A stretch of 64,000 bases of DNA, from IMG/VR virus record IMGVR_UViG_3300027708_002528; one strand, given 5' to 3'. Both the position numbers and the translations under genes were made by a program. This DNA is from an uncultured virus (IMG/VR IMGVR_UViG_3300027708_002528) (lineage: Duplodnaviria > Heunggongvirae > Uroviricota > Caudoviricetes). The first letter of the stretch is position 1. Each line of letters starts with the position of its first letter. The notes beneath the pieces are model-generated. The model was not told where the DNA came from. It saw nothing but the letters and a program-made list of their open reading frames with translations, and did no database searches. This document shows, piece after piece, positions 40,248 to 50,353 of the stretch.

Positions 40248-43200
40248 TTAACCTACTAATAATATTATGTTAGATTCTGTGGTTAACGAAGCTCCACTTT
40301 CAGTAATCAATTGAGGATTCAATCCGGTATACGTTTGTCCGTAAACATACACTTGATAAGAACTTGAATTTTTATTGAGCGTAATTAATGAATTACCTGA
40401 AAGAGTAAATGAAGTATTTGCAATTCTGAAATTGTTATTTGAGTATATATTAGTGACTGTACAATAATTTCCTCCGTTAAATGATACGGAATCTCCTATA
40501 GAAATTATTGCATTGGCAGGAGTTGGATTGGTAAAATTACCATCGTACTGTCCGGTCATGCTGGTAATATTTATCAAGTTGGAAGATGCGTTTGCATACG
40601 CTACATTGGCAAACGTCAAAAAAACATTATCCTTGATTAGTATGTTATTGTTTGAGGCATCGACTAAATTGATTTTAGAATATGCGGTGATTCCATTTGT
40701 GCCTACGAATTTAATTGTATCATCTTTGAAAATTGTATTTGCTATATTAAACCCTAGTAAATTACCTAATGATATGGTATTAGTCGATATCTGCGAAGAC
40801 TGTAAATTGACTTTTAAGTTAGCGTATGCTCCAGAAACAGTCAAATACGCTAATGAATGTCCTTGTTGATAACCCACATTGGCGGTAATCGCTACATTGG
40901 CTTGTGTTTTTAAAACATTTCGTCCTATAAGTTTTGTTCCGGCAGGATGAACTAAATTCAAAACACTATCTCGATATGAAGATATTGCTTTTTCAGCCGA
41001 CAAAATATAAGTATAGTTATTATAATCTACACTTTCCAGTACTAGACCTAATGACGATAGCTGTCCATCTTTATTTAAATATGTTCCTTGTCCTGTAGCA
41101 ACTCCATTTAGGAAAGAAACGTTTGCTTTGGCTGATCCATCACCATAAATTTTAATAGAACTATTTCCAGACGTAGTAATAAGTACGCTTTGAGAATTCA
41201 GAGATATTGTAGAAGATCCTTTATTAATGAGTAAAGGCTTGGCTGAATCGTATACTCCGCTATAGTCATATACGCGAAGAGTGTATATCTTATTTTGCGC
41301 AGTTATTGAGTTATATAACAATGCATATGAATTAACTGTTGCCGAATAGCTTGCGTATTGTAAAGATGTTCCTTGATATACAATATCACTACGAGCTGGA
41401 GGCGTAAGTATAGATAAATTAGATACTGCAATATCAGCAACTTTTAACGATACATTTGGAGCTGATACATAGTCTTCTCCAGAATTTGTCACCACGAAGT
41501 TAATGATTTGACCAATACCTTTATCGGAAGCCGCTCCTAATACAGAACCATCTCCCAATACGCTATAAATTGCGACGTTAGCATTAGAGCCGGATGTTGT
41601 ATTAATTCTTAACGAGGGTAAAGATACATTCTTATATCCCATTCCACCTAAAGGATAAGACTGGACTGTGTTTGCGTTAGCATAAACATAATTTGCCGAA
41701 ATAATAGAACCCGTTGCATTTACCTTGATATTTGCATATGCTCCAAACCCGGTGCCACCGATAATCGAAATTGTTTCATTATTTGCATATCCTGATCCTC
41801 CATTATTAATTATAATCGGAGATAGAATACCCAAGTCGCGAAGACTTCTTTGTGTAGCACGATCCGATGTATATAATGAATCAGCGGAAATGGTTGGTGC
41901 TGAACTGAAATTTTGACCCCCATTAACAACCGTAACGGTTGCAATAGGTCCTACAGTGAATCCTTGGAAAGTCAAAGCATCTATTAATCGCGAGTTGGTA
42001 TTTGCCGTTGATGCAAATCCAGTGTATGTTTGAGCTACTGATGTATTTCCTAATCTTTGTGTTAATAGTGTATTTGCTATTCCACCCAACGTGTTAGATG
42101 CGATCAATGTGACGTTAGTGGTTTTTGATGCATCTATTAGTGTTATCTGAAGGTTCGCTCCTGTTCCACCTCCACCCAAGAGTGATATTGCACTGTTGGG
42201 AAATAATCTAAATCCATTTGAAGGATTTGTTACTGTGACTGTATTAATTGATCCTGACGTTACATTTCCAACAACCGCTGAGGCTTCAATTGGCACGGCT
42301 ATATCTGGAGAAGTTCCTCCAGTAATAATTACAGGGTCTCCAGGTTTATAGAACAATCCTCTATTAGTAGGATTTATTACTATATTTGATATAATTCCAA
42401 CTATCTTCGCTCTTAAAGATTGACCATTAAATAATACATCTTGATTATTGTTATCTAAAACTCTGATATACTCTCCAGATTCAAATGATCTTTGAATATT
42501 TGATATGAATATCTCAGTTTTATTTCCAGATACTTGAGTGTAATCAATGGACGCAAATGATTTAGTAGTTTCACCAAAAACTCTATAATTATTTGTCAGT
42601 AACCAATTAGGATCTAAAGAACTCACTCGCAAAGATCGAGTTATAATCCATTTACCATCAGATGCTCTTAAAACAACATCTTTTGTATTGAACGTATCTG
42701 CTGTTGAATTGTATAATGAATTGAAAAGGAACTTAAATGACTTTTCAGTTCCTTTTGATGCATATAATTCTCTGGAAATTTTTAAAAGTTTTCTTTTATC
42801 TGTTAATGCTTCTGCCGGAACGTAAGGTAAAAATTTACTTATGTAATACTGAATGAAATCATCGATTGTCGTATCGACATCGCTATACTTTAGTAAATTT
42901 TTTGTTGCATAGGTCGATCCTTGGCTATGTGAATTAGCCGTCACTATTTGTGAGTTTGATGTATTGGATGTTTCTAGCCACTGATAGTATGCATTGAGGA
43001 AAGAAACGAATCCGGTATACTCCGAAGTATCGCGAATAAACTCAGGAAGTTGATGTGTGATTTGTAGAGAAGTTTTATGGTCTAGGTATGATATAACGTT
43101 TGAGCTTACAATTGAACCACCGCCACCGTTACCTGTACCTCCGCCTCCACCACCGCCTCCACCACCGCCTCCACCACCGCCTCCACCGCCTCCACCACCG

Positions 43201-43433
43201 CCTCCACCGCCTCCACCGCCTCCACCCGATATGACAACGTTGACGTTTAGATATTGACCGGTCGAATATCCACCAACAAGCATTCCGCCTGATAGATAGG
43301 AGTTTGATATTACATTGCTAGTTCCATTTCCACTAGGAACTCCGGAAGTTCCAACAATTCCTAAATACCCACCCGTGGTGTATCCACCTGCAAGTAATCC
43401 TCCGGATAGAAATGTAGTATTGCTAGTAGCCAT
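40248..43433 (-). CDS. Baseplate wedge protein (gp7-like) with a poly-Gly N-terminal extension
   Basis: QLPEFIRD, FLNAYYQWLE, YASKGTEKSFKFLF, ASDGKW, YNNYTY..LVHPAG; lies between gp6 and gp8. Confidence 0.8.
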   Translation of the reverse strand: MATSNTTFLSGGLLAGGYTTGGYLGIVGTSGVPSGNGTSNVISNSYLSGGMLVGGYSTGQYLNVNVVISGGGGGGGGGGGGGGGGGGGGGGGGGGGGGGTGNGGGGSIVSSNVISYLDHKTSLQITHQLPEFIRDTSEYTGFVSFLNAYYQWLETSNTSNSQIVTANSHSQGSTYATKNLLKYSDVDTTIDDFIQYYISKFLPYVPAEALTDKRKLLKISRELYASKGTEKSFKFLFNSLYNSTADTFNTKDVVLRASDGKWIITRSLRVSSLDPNWLLTNNYRVFGETTKSFASIDYTQVSGNKTEIFISNIQRSFESGEYIRVLDNNNQDVLFNGQSLRAKIVGIISNIVINPTNRGLFYKPGDPVIITGGTSPDIAVPIEASAVVGNVTSGSINTVTVTNPSNGFRLFPNSAISLLGGGGTGANLQITLIDASKTTNVTLIASNTLGGIANTLLTQRLGNTSVAQTYTGFASTANTNSRLIDALTFQGFTVGPIATVTVVNGGQNFSSAPTISADSLYTSDRATQRSLRDLGILSPIIINNGGSGYANNETISIIGGTGFGAYANIKVNATGSIISANYVYANANTVQSYPLGGMGYKNVSLPSLRINTTSGSNANVAIYSVLGDGSVLGAASDKGIGQIINFVVTNSGEDYVSAPNVSLKVADIAVSNLSILTPPARSDIVYQGTSLQYASYSATVNSYALLYNSITAQNKIYTLRVYDYSGVYDSAKPLLINKGSSTISLNSQSVLITTSGNSSIKIYGDGSAKANVSFLNGVATGQGTYLNKDGQLSSLGLVLESVDYNNYTYILSAEKAISSYRDSVLNLVHPAGTKLIGRNVLKTQANVAITANVGYQQGHSLAYLTVSGAYANLKVNLQSSQISTNTISLGNLLGFNIANTIFKDDTIKFVGTNGITAYSKINLVDASNNNILIKDNVFLTFANVAYANASSNLINITSMTGQYDGNFTNPTPANAIISIGDSVSFNGGNYCTVTNIYSNNNFRIANTSFTLSGNSLITLNKNSSSYQVYVYGQTYTGLNPQLITESGASLTTESNIILLVG
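43137..43226. repeat. GGN-codon tandem repeat encoding about 30 consecutive glycines
   Basis: Mixed 12-nt (CCGCCTCCACCA) and 9-nt (CCGCCTCCA) units. Confidence 0.95.
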
Positions 43434-43441
43434 AATTTAAC

Positions 43442-45508
43442 TTATTTTGATGTAACGTTTACATTAATTGCATTTACGTCAGTATTATCTAACGTGATTA
43501 TTTTATCTCGGCTCGATGATATAATTGTATTTTTAGGTACAGCCGATAGACTTAGCACTCCTAATGGACTATTATTAATTTGTATAGGATTGAAATTGGT
43601 TAATATTACTTCTCCAGTCGAATAATCTACCGTTCCTGCTGTACTATTCAATATTGTTTTAACACCATTTAAGTAATAATACGTTCTTAGGATTCCTTTA
43701 TTCCCTGCGGTAAGTGCGATTGCTGATGCAAATTGACCTCCACCGCCTGTAATTTGAATAAGTGCTTGGGTGTATCCTGAACCAGGGTTATTCAATACGA
43801 TACTTTGAATTTGACCATTAACAACAACCGCAGTTGCGGATGCGTTTGCTCCATCTCCTAATATAGTAACTGTAGGAATATCAGTATATCCTAATCCTGG
43901 ATTAACGATCTTGATCGATTCGATAAACGTACTTGATTGGGGGACTTCTTCCAAAAATACTTCATTTCTTAATGTTCCACCACTTGTATAGTCATACTGT
44001 TGAAATGAAGGTGATAAGCTAATACTTTTCGATAATAAATCTTGGCGCAATGCCACATCAAAATTGAAAGTATATGTTTGCGCAGAAGTAAACGTTGGTG
44101 AAAACCTCTTCTGTAATGTTATTGACGCATCATTGGTAATAATGGATGGATTAGCTGATTGTACATACGAAATCAATGTAGGTAGTTGAAATGTTGAATT
44201 AAATGTATTGAGTGTATTTTGCGCAAATGCATTAACTGCCGCGGAAACTGATTGTGCTAATTGTGAACTAGTTAATGTTGTCAGTTTAGGATCATACCGA
44301 ACATTATTATTAATTTGCAGATAGGTATAGTCCACATCGACAATTTTAGGAGTTATTGTTAGAACACTAATAGGTTTAATTATTTCGGTAATAATAACTT
44401 GCTTTTGCGATTCAGTTAGGATGTATCCACCTTTAGGTTTTATCGCAACAAATATTGCTCCGTAATATGGAGGATTATTTTCTTCTCCTCCCCAAACATT
44501 TACCGCATCAACCGGAAATACACCTGAATTATTTTGAATTAGTGTTATATAATCTTCTTTAGTAACTGCTCGGTTTTGTGCCGCATATACTTTTGGTGCT
44601 GTATATTTTATTGATGCTATCGATTCTTTTTCTGATCCTTGAGTAGCTGCTAGTATTGGATCGATTCTATATGTTGCAAGTCCACCAATAGAATCCAGTA
44701 GAGTGAAATTATTAGCCCCTGTTGAAGCAGTTCCTTTTGTGCTAATATACGAGACATTGATTACATTTTTATCATTCAATGCACTACCTAAGATGCCATC
44801 ACCGAAATATATTTGATAATTTCCATTAGGAGCTTCTTGAAGAAAATATACATTTGATGCTGAATTGAGTCCCAGATAATCCGTAGCTAAAGTATATACT
44901 GTTGAACTTGTGTTTGATGCAGTTTGTTGAACGCGCACTAGTAAAGTTGACGTATCAATATTAGGATCAGGCAATTCAAATGTTGATGTTGGATTTGTCG
45001 CTGAAGTATATGTAAACGATAAAGAAGTTGGTTGTCCCTGTACTAAATTTAAGTATGAGAATGTTGCGGTGTTAGAACCAATATTAGTATTTACTGTGAT
45101 CGAATCTTTTGTTACGAAATTGTAGTTAACATTATCGACGGCTTCGGAAACGAAATTAGTAAACTTGGGAATAGTAACAGATGATGTTGTAACATTATAA
45201 AAAGTTAAATTGATTTGAGCGTTCGGTGCCGATGCTGATTTTGGAGTATAATTTAATAGTTTTGCATGAGAAACTACTGATGACCGATTGATCGCCGAAT
45301 CCAAAAACATTTCGTTGGCGACCATATTCAAATAATAGGAATTATATTGCGTGTTATATGCGAGTAAATCCAATAATGTGGATAGAGCAGATCCCGTATA
45401 GTTATAGTCTTTTAGTGTATCTTGACTTTGTAGAAATTTAATTAAATTAGTCTTGATCGTACTAAAATCTAAGTCTGTAACTTGTAGATTATTATTTGTC
45501 TGTGCCAT
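43442..45508 (-). CDS. 6: Baseplate wedge protein gp6
   Basis: LDFSTIKTNL, LLDLLAYNTQY, NEMFLDSA..RSSVVSHAK, AQNRAVTKEDY, VWGGEEN.PP.YG. Confidence 0.95.
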   Translation of the reverse strand: MAQTNNNLQVTDLDFSTIKTNLIKFLQSQDTLKDYNYTGSALSTLLDLLAYNTQYNSYYLNMVANEMFLDSAINRSSVVSHAKLLNYTPKSASAPNAQINLTFYNVTTSSVTIPKFTNFVSEAVDNVNYNFVTKDSITVNTNIGSNTATFSYLNLVQGQPTSLSFTYTSATNPTSTFELPDPNIDTSTLLVRVQQTASNTSSTVYTLATDYLGLNSASNVYFLQEAPNGNYQIYFGDGILGSALNDKNVINVSYISTKGTASTGANNFTLLDSIGGLATYRIDPILAATQGSEKESIASIKYTAPKVYAAQNRAVTKEDYITLIQNNSGVFPVDAVNVWGGEENNPPYYGAIFVAIKPKGGYILTESQKQVIITEIIKPISVLTITPKIVDVDYTYLQINNNVRYDPKLTTLTSSQLAQSVSAAVNAFAQNTLNTFNSTFQLPTLISYVQSANPSIITNDASITLQKRFSPTFTSAQTYTFNFDVALRQDLLSKSISLSPSFQQYDYTSGGTLRNEVFLEEVPQSSTFIESIKIVNPGLGYTDIPTVTILGDGANASATAVVVNGQIQSIVLNNPGSGYTQALIQITGGGGQFASAIALTAGNKGILRTYYYLNGVKTILNSTAGTVDYSTGEVILTNFNPIQINNSPLGVLSLSAVPKNTIISSSRDKIITLDNTDVNAINVNVTSK

Positions 45509-45515
45509 TTAGATA

Positions 45516-45914
45516 TTACCTATTTCTCTGTAGGATAAGATTTACTATTGTAGGTTCCGTGGCATTCTCTATGAAAAATGTAATAGTAGCCGTATATGCG
45601 TTATTATCCGGCATCGCACTCACAGAAACATCCTGTAAATTAGCCCTAGGTTCGTAATTCTCAATCGTTCTTTCTATTTCAGTTTTTAGAGTTGATGCTG
45701 ACATCGGTCCGATCGATTCAAACAAAATCGCATCTAAATTTGAACCTATATTTGGCTGAAAAGGTCTTTCGTAGTGTCTAGTCAGCAATAAATTACGAAT
45801 CGATCTAATGACTGCTTGAGTGTCATAACTCAGGGCAATATCTTTCGTTCCCGGCTTCTTTGTAAAAGCCAGATCGATATCTGAGTATATTTTCTGTAAT
45901 GTTCCTATAGCCAT
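45516..45914 (-). CDS. 25: Baseplate wedge protein gp25
   Basis: YSDIDLAF, AVIRSIRNLLLT..YERPFQPNIGS, IENYEPRA. Confidence 0.93.
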   Translation of the reverse strand: MAIGTLQKIYSDIDLAFTKKPGTKDIALSYDTQAVIRSIRNLLLTRHYERPFQPNIGSNLDAILFESIGPMSASTLKTEIERTIENYEPRANLQDVSVSAMPDNNAYTATITFFIENATEPTIVNLILQRNR

Positions 45915-45957
45915 CTTGTATTTATTGCCCTATTAAATCGAAATTTAAAAATTAACC

Positions 45958-46884
45958 TTAAACAGGAGGACTGGTTAGTCCTCCTTGAGGATCTGGATGC
46001 TTGTGTTTGGTCAGTGATATTTTTCCAGCAATAACATCTGCACTGGATGATATATTTCCTTTGGCGGTTACCTTTCCGGTTGTGTTTAGATTACCAGTCA
46101 AATTAACATCTCCTGTTACATTCCAAACCGATGCCTGTGCAGTACAGTTTCCGTTAATTAATAGATTGGTATCTCCTTCCACCGTTATGTTGCAAGTTCC
46201 TTTGATGTGTACGTTATTATCCGACATGTAGATTTCATAGTTTTTGCCCGAGACTTTAGTCACCTTACTTCCGTCGGGAGCGATCTCCATGAATGTATTT
46301 GCTTTGTGTGATAGATGAATTCTCTCTGCACCTGGTGTATCGTCTAATTCGAAAACGTGTCCCGACTCCGTTTGCGTGACTCTGTTGTATGGATATACTG
46401 CCGCATATTCTGACGCAGGCTCATCCCAGGTGTTACCATCGGCAGTTGCAACGCCCTTATCGAGATTGCTGTTGTGTGCACCAATAACCGTATTTGCTAT
46501 GTTTTCATTTCGAAATAGTCTGCTGGTTGTTGGCTCACCTACGGGATAGTGTGTGCCCTCGAAAAAACCTTCAGATTTGTTTTGATCTTTTTGAGGTATG
46601 CCTGGAAATATACCTACCAGTAATGGAGCTTGACTTGCCAATCCATCACTGAAAAAACCAAAAGCATAGTCGCCCACCAGACCGGTACCGTTTGTCATCG
46701 TACTGTTTGGAGAGATTAGTGGCAACGCCCAAGGAAGATGATCTGTCGGTAACATTTGAATATTCTCTGTGTGATGCCCGAATATTCTAACTCGGCACCG
46801 ACCCAATCCTAACGGATCATCTCGATCCTCGATGACTCCCATCCACCAATAAAAGCCGTCTTTACCTATAAAATTTTGCATCAT
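45958..46884 (-). CDS. 5: Baseplate central spike gp5 (OB fold plus beta-helix, no lysozyme domain)
   Basis: WWMGVIEDRDDPLGLGRCRVRIFG, LPWA, YPYNRV.TESGHVFELDDTPGAERI; ends KHKHPDPQGGLTSPPV. Confidence 0.92.
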   Translation of the reverse strand: MMQNFIGKDGFYWWMGVIEDRDDPLGLGRCRVRIFGHHTENIQMLPTDHLPWALPLISPNSTMTNGTGLVGDYAFGFFSDGLASQAPLLVGIFPGIPQKDQNKSEGFFEGTHYPVGEPTTSRLFRNENIANTVIGAHNSNLDKGVATADGNTWDEPASEYAAVYPYNRVTQTESGHVFELDDTPGAERIHLSHKANTFMEIAPDGSKVTKVSGKNYEIYMSDNNVHIKGTCNITVEGDTNLLINGNCTAQASVWNVTGDVNLTGNLNTTGKVTAKGNISSSADVIAGKISLTKHKHPDPQGGLTSPPV

Positions 46885-48254
46885 GATGAATATATATTTT
46901 GATCAGTAAGCTCGGCGACGGCGCTGTCTTTTGAAATTTCAAGTATACTTTGATTGATACCTTGTGCTTGTATAATGTGTCTAACTGCGGTGACCAAATA
47001 TTTTCCAGAATAAAATTTATTACGATCTCTAGGTTGTTCCGTATTATCAACCGGGGTGAAATTAGGAATAGCGATATCAATTGTTCTACCAACATTAATA
47101 AAAGGATCACCAGGAATCGAAATCTTTAATCTGGTGTGATTGATTAATGATATCTGTGCTGTTCTATTGGGAACATAAGTTTCTAAATCAATGCTGTTTT
47201 CAACCGAACCTGGTTTATTCTTAATATACTCATTTGTATTATACCCAAAATTTGAGGTAGCCACTTTTAACACCGCCTGATATGTTTGATTTTGAGTGTC
47301 GCCAAATCGATTTTTTGATTTAGATAATATACCATTTTTATTTAATGAATTAGACGATTGTAGGTATTTACTGTAATCAAAATTCGTAACTTTATAATCT
47401 CTGATAATAGGATTAATTGAGACAAGCTGATTTGCAAACAGTCCTGATTTGATTGCATCTAATGCATCAAATGTTTTCATGAATTCATATTGAAGTATTG
47501 TTCCCATTTTATCGGCAAAAGGTTGTCTTCTATCATCGAAATTTTTTAATTGATATTTAAATGTACCATAAACATCATCTTTGAACATGGACTGTAAAGA
47601 CCTAAAATTATAGCCTTGATAAGTATCGAAAAATAACATATCGGAACCTAAATTTTTCATTGCTTGTGCATATACCGATAACCAATTAATTGCTTCAAAT
47701 GGTTTTATATTTGGTATGATGAAATCATATAGTCCTTTAGTCTCCTCAATCGTCTGAATACTCTCTTGCGGAACTAACAATTCTTCAGTTAAAATATTTT
47801 TAATGATTTCTGATATTTTAGTTGCTTTGAATCCTTTACTGACTTTATATTGTTCAGATGTTAAAAATTCTTCTGAGCAAAATTGAATTGAATATCCTTC
47901 GCTTGTCATATTCGGCAAAGGAACTCTACCCTCGGTCTTATATACCCTAAACGCTTTAGCCCTAAGTTTATTGGGATCTGTACTTATAGTAGAATTTTTT
48001 GTTTTTCCGAAAACTATAGTAAGTACTTCATTTCCGGTTATTTGTAAAATCTCCTCATATCCTCTAGCGTCAAGTAAATATAGGTATCCCGATATAGATG
48101 AGCTATAGATGTCTTCAAAATAAGATAATTCAACCATGAGTTCTTTTAACTCAATTGGTTTACCGGATGCTCCGATAAATGTAATTGTATCAATAAAAAA
48201 ATCTTGGGGATAAAATAGACCTGGAGAATCGGTTTTTTGATATAAATCTGTCAT
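46881..48254 (-). CDS. Baseplate hub protein (gp27-like)
   Basis: 457 aa between gp53 and gp5; FIIPNIKPFEAINWL, IPGD, SGKYLVTAVRHII. Confidence 0.7.
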   Translation of the reverse strand: MTDLYQKTDSPGLFYPQDFFIDTITFIGASGKPIELKELMVELSYFEDIYSSSISGYLYLLDARGYEEILQITGNEVLTIVFGKTKNSTISTDPNKLRAKAFRVYKTEGRVPLPNMTSEGYSIQFCSEEFLTSEQYKVSKGFKATKISEIIKNILTEELLVPQESIQTIEETKGLYDFIIPNIKPFEAINWLSVYAQAMKNLGSDMLFFDTYQGYNFRSLQSMFKDDVYGTFKYQLKNFDDRRQPFADKMGTILQYEFMKTFDALDAIKSGLFANQLVSINPIIRDYKVTNFDYSKYLQSSNSLNKNGILSKSKNRFGDTQNQTYQAVLKVATSNFGYNTNEYIKNKPGSVENSIDLETYVPNRTAQISLINHTRLKISIPGDPFINVGRTIDIAIPNFTPVDNTEQPRDRNKFYSGKYLVTAVRHIIQAQGINQSILEISKDSAVAELTDQNIYSS

Positions 48255-48257
48255 GTT

Positions 48258-48863
48258 TTATTGTGTAAATAATGAGGCGAATTCTTTTTCGATTTGAGAT
48301 ACATATTTTGAGTTTAATAGTTTAATTGTGCGCTTAGATTCATTTACCATCAACTCATAGTTGTAATTAGTTACTGCTTGTTTTGTTACTTCAACCGTTA
48401 CAGTTCCCGAATCACCTAGGTCTAGAGTTTTGATTCCAGTTGTAATATTGTTATATGCAACTATATCGGTTGATAAATTAATTACTTCTTGCGTTACTGT
48501 CGTGGTATTATTATCTGTGGTTGTTATTATTTTCTCATAGTGATGAAGGTCTGTTGGTAATGCTGTAGTATACTTGTCAGCAATGTATATTTCTAGGTTG
48601 CTACTAGATAAGGGCCAGTCCCATTGCGGATCTAACATCTGATTCATCATAAGAACAATCCAATATCGATACGTATCTCCATAATACTTATGTGCCACTG
48701 TTTCCGGCGTATCTCCGTCTTGAACGTCATACAAATAATATAGTGCAGGATTATCAAATAATCTCGGAATGATCGATGCACGAGCCAAAATATTTGTAAT
48801 GACGGTAGAATTTAAATTCGTATCCGTTCTTATTAATTTAGGTAAAGTATCAAAATATTTCAC
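48258..48863 (-). CDS. 53: Baseplate wedge protein gp53 (GTG start)
   Basis: MKYFDTLP, YDVQDGDTPETVAHKYYG..YWIVL..N...QWDWP, NESKRTIKLL. Confidence 0.92.
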   Translation of the reverse strand: MKYFDTLPKLIRTDTNLNSTVITNILARASIIPRLFDNPALYYLYDVQDGDTPETVAHKYYGDTYRYWIVLMMNQMLDPQWDWPLSSSNLEIYIADKYTTALPTDLHHYEKIITTTDNNTTTVTQEVINLSTDIVAYNNITTGIKTLDLGDSGTVTVEVTKQAVTNYNYELMVNESKRTIKLLNSKYVSQIEKEFASLFTQ

Positions 48864-48865
48864 AG

Positions 48866-49873
48866 TTAGTATCCCGCTTGTACTTTGGCTCTATCGACAA
48901 TATCAATCTCTTTGAATTGCAAGGTTAATTGAATTTGAACTGGAGAACCATCTGAATGAGCAGACCATCCGTTAGGGGAGTAATTAACATCTATGCTGGT
49001 TATAACACTTTCAGTTACTCTATGTATTTTTTGATTAACCTCTCCATTAAACAAAAAATCCAAATTAAATGTTGATGGAGGAACATAAAACATGCCAAGT
49101 CCCCCATTCGCCGCACGAGGCATGGCATGTTCTTTAAATAGCGATATTATTTTATTGATATCATCAGCCTCTTGTCGCGAATATGGAGTAAAGGTGAACG
49201 CTAGTTGATATTGACGAAAATCAATGCCATCAAATAGAACCTGCATGTTTGGATTGATAGCAATGCCTTGGCTTTGCAATGCATATTGAGCGGCTTTATT
49301 TGATGCTATACTTGAAATATTATCTGCCGTGGCATTAAATATATTGGCAGGACCACCTAATCCTATTTTATTTAAAAAACTTCCTGCTAGACCGAGAGAT
49401 TGCAAACCGACTTCTAAGTTACTTGTATCGTTATATGATGCATTGTATTGAATATTAACATTATCTGGCATATACAGAAAGATTGTTGCTGCTTGTTTTT
49501 TTCTTTTTGGTGTATATGTTGATGTAATGGAGTTGGTTAATGCTCCTGCGGTTTTAAATGTAGATTTAGCGGTATCAACAATGGTATCGACTGGATTCGT
49601 AAATAAACCCTCTCCAATTAAATGAGTTTCCCCCTCATCCTTGGTTAAACCTGACACCTTATCAAAATTGACTTGACTAGGAATGATTTCATTAATTGTG
49701 AATTTAATAGCATGCTGTTTGGTAGATGACATTAAATCTCTAGGATAATGATATGAATCATATCCAAATGCGTTACTAAAAAGAGCCGCTAAAGGTCCTT
49801 TTATTAGTTTATCCGTTATGTTTCCTGGTATTGATACCCCAGCAACTGAAGTCGGTATGGTTATAATAGCCAT
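48866..49873 (-). CDS. 48: Baseplate tail-tube cap gp48
   Basis: IFLYMP, INPNMQVLFDGIDFRQYQLAFTFTP.S..EA, VITSIDVNYSP, LQFKEI. Confidence 0.85.
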   Translation of the reverse strand: MAIITIPTSVAGVSIPGNITDKLIKGPLAALFSNAFGYDSYHYPRDLMSSTKQHAIKFTINEIIPSQVNFDKVSGLTKDEGETHLIGEGLFTNPVDTIVDTAKSTFKTAGALTNSITSTYTPKRKKQAATIFLYMPDNVNIQYNASYNDTSNLEVGLQSLGLAGSFLNKIGLGGPANIFNATADNISSIASNKAAQYALQSQGIAINPNMQVLFDGIDFRQYQLAFTFTPYSRQEADDINKIISLFKEHAMPRAANGGLGMFYVPPSTFNLDFLFNGEVNQKIHRVTESVITSIDVNYSPNGWSAHSDGSPVQIQLTLQFKEIDIVDRAKVQAGY

Positions 49874-49900
49874 TGAGATCCCTTGGGATGATATATATTA

Positions 49901-49908
49901 TATTTATA
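49901..49908 (-). promoter_or_regulatory. Late promoter TATAAATA for the gp48-baseplate operon
   Basis: Exact consensus, overlapping the A of the divergent gp4 ATG. Confidence 0.75.
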
Positions 49909-50345
49909 TGGCATATTCCGGAAAGTTCTTACCTCAAAATATCAATAAGTATCGAGGAGACTATACCAATATAGTTTATCGATCCAGCTGGGAATGTCGA
50001 GTTATGTCGTGGCTCGACAAGAATCCTAGCGTCATAGAATGGTCTAGTGAATCAATTGTAATACCTTATCATTCTCCTGTTGATGGAAGAATGCATCGGT
50101 ATTTTCCCGACTTTTTTGTTAAAGTTAAAGACAAAAATAATAAAGTCAGAACTATGATCATAGAAATAAAGCCTGATGCTCAGACTAAACCTCCACAGCC
50201 TAGAAAACGAATAACCAAGCAATATATCAATGAAGTAACCACATGGGGAGTTAATGAGGCTAAATGGAAGGCTGCACAAGAATACTGCGCGGATAGAAAA
50301 TGGGAATTCCAAATTCTAACTGAAAATGATTTAGGATTGGCATAA
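49908..50345 (+). CDS. 4: Head completion nuclease gp4 (TnsA-like)
   Basis: MAYSGKFLPQNINKYRGD..IVYRSSWE, HRYFPDF, IEIKP, NEAKWKAA; start moved to the ATG at 49908. Confidence 0.92.
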   Translation: MAYSGKFLPQNINKYRGDYTNIVYRSSWECRVMSWLDKNPSVIEWSSESIVIPYHSPVDGRMHRYFPDFFVKVKDKNNKVRTMIIEIKPDAQTKPPQPRKRITKQYINEVTTWGVNEAKWKAAQEYCADRKWEFQILTENDLGLA

Positions 50346-50353
50346 ATATCGTA

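Noticed and set aside
43057..43257. Poly-proline ORF on the plus strand
   Set aside because: It is the antisense shadow of the poly-Gly tract in the gp7-like gene.
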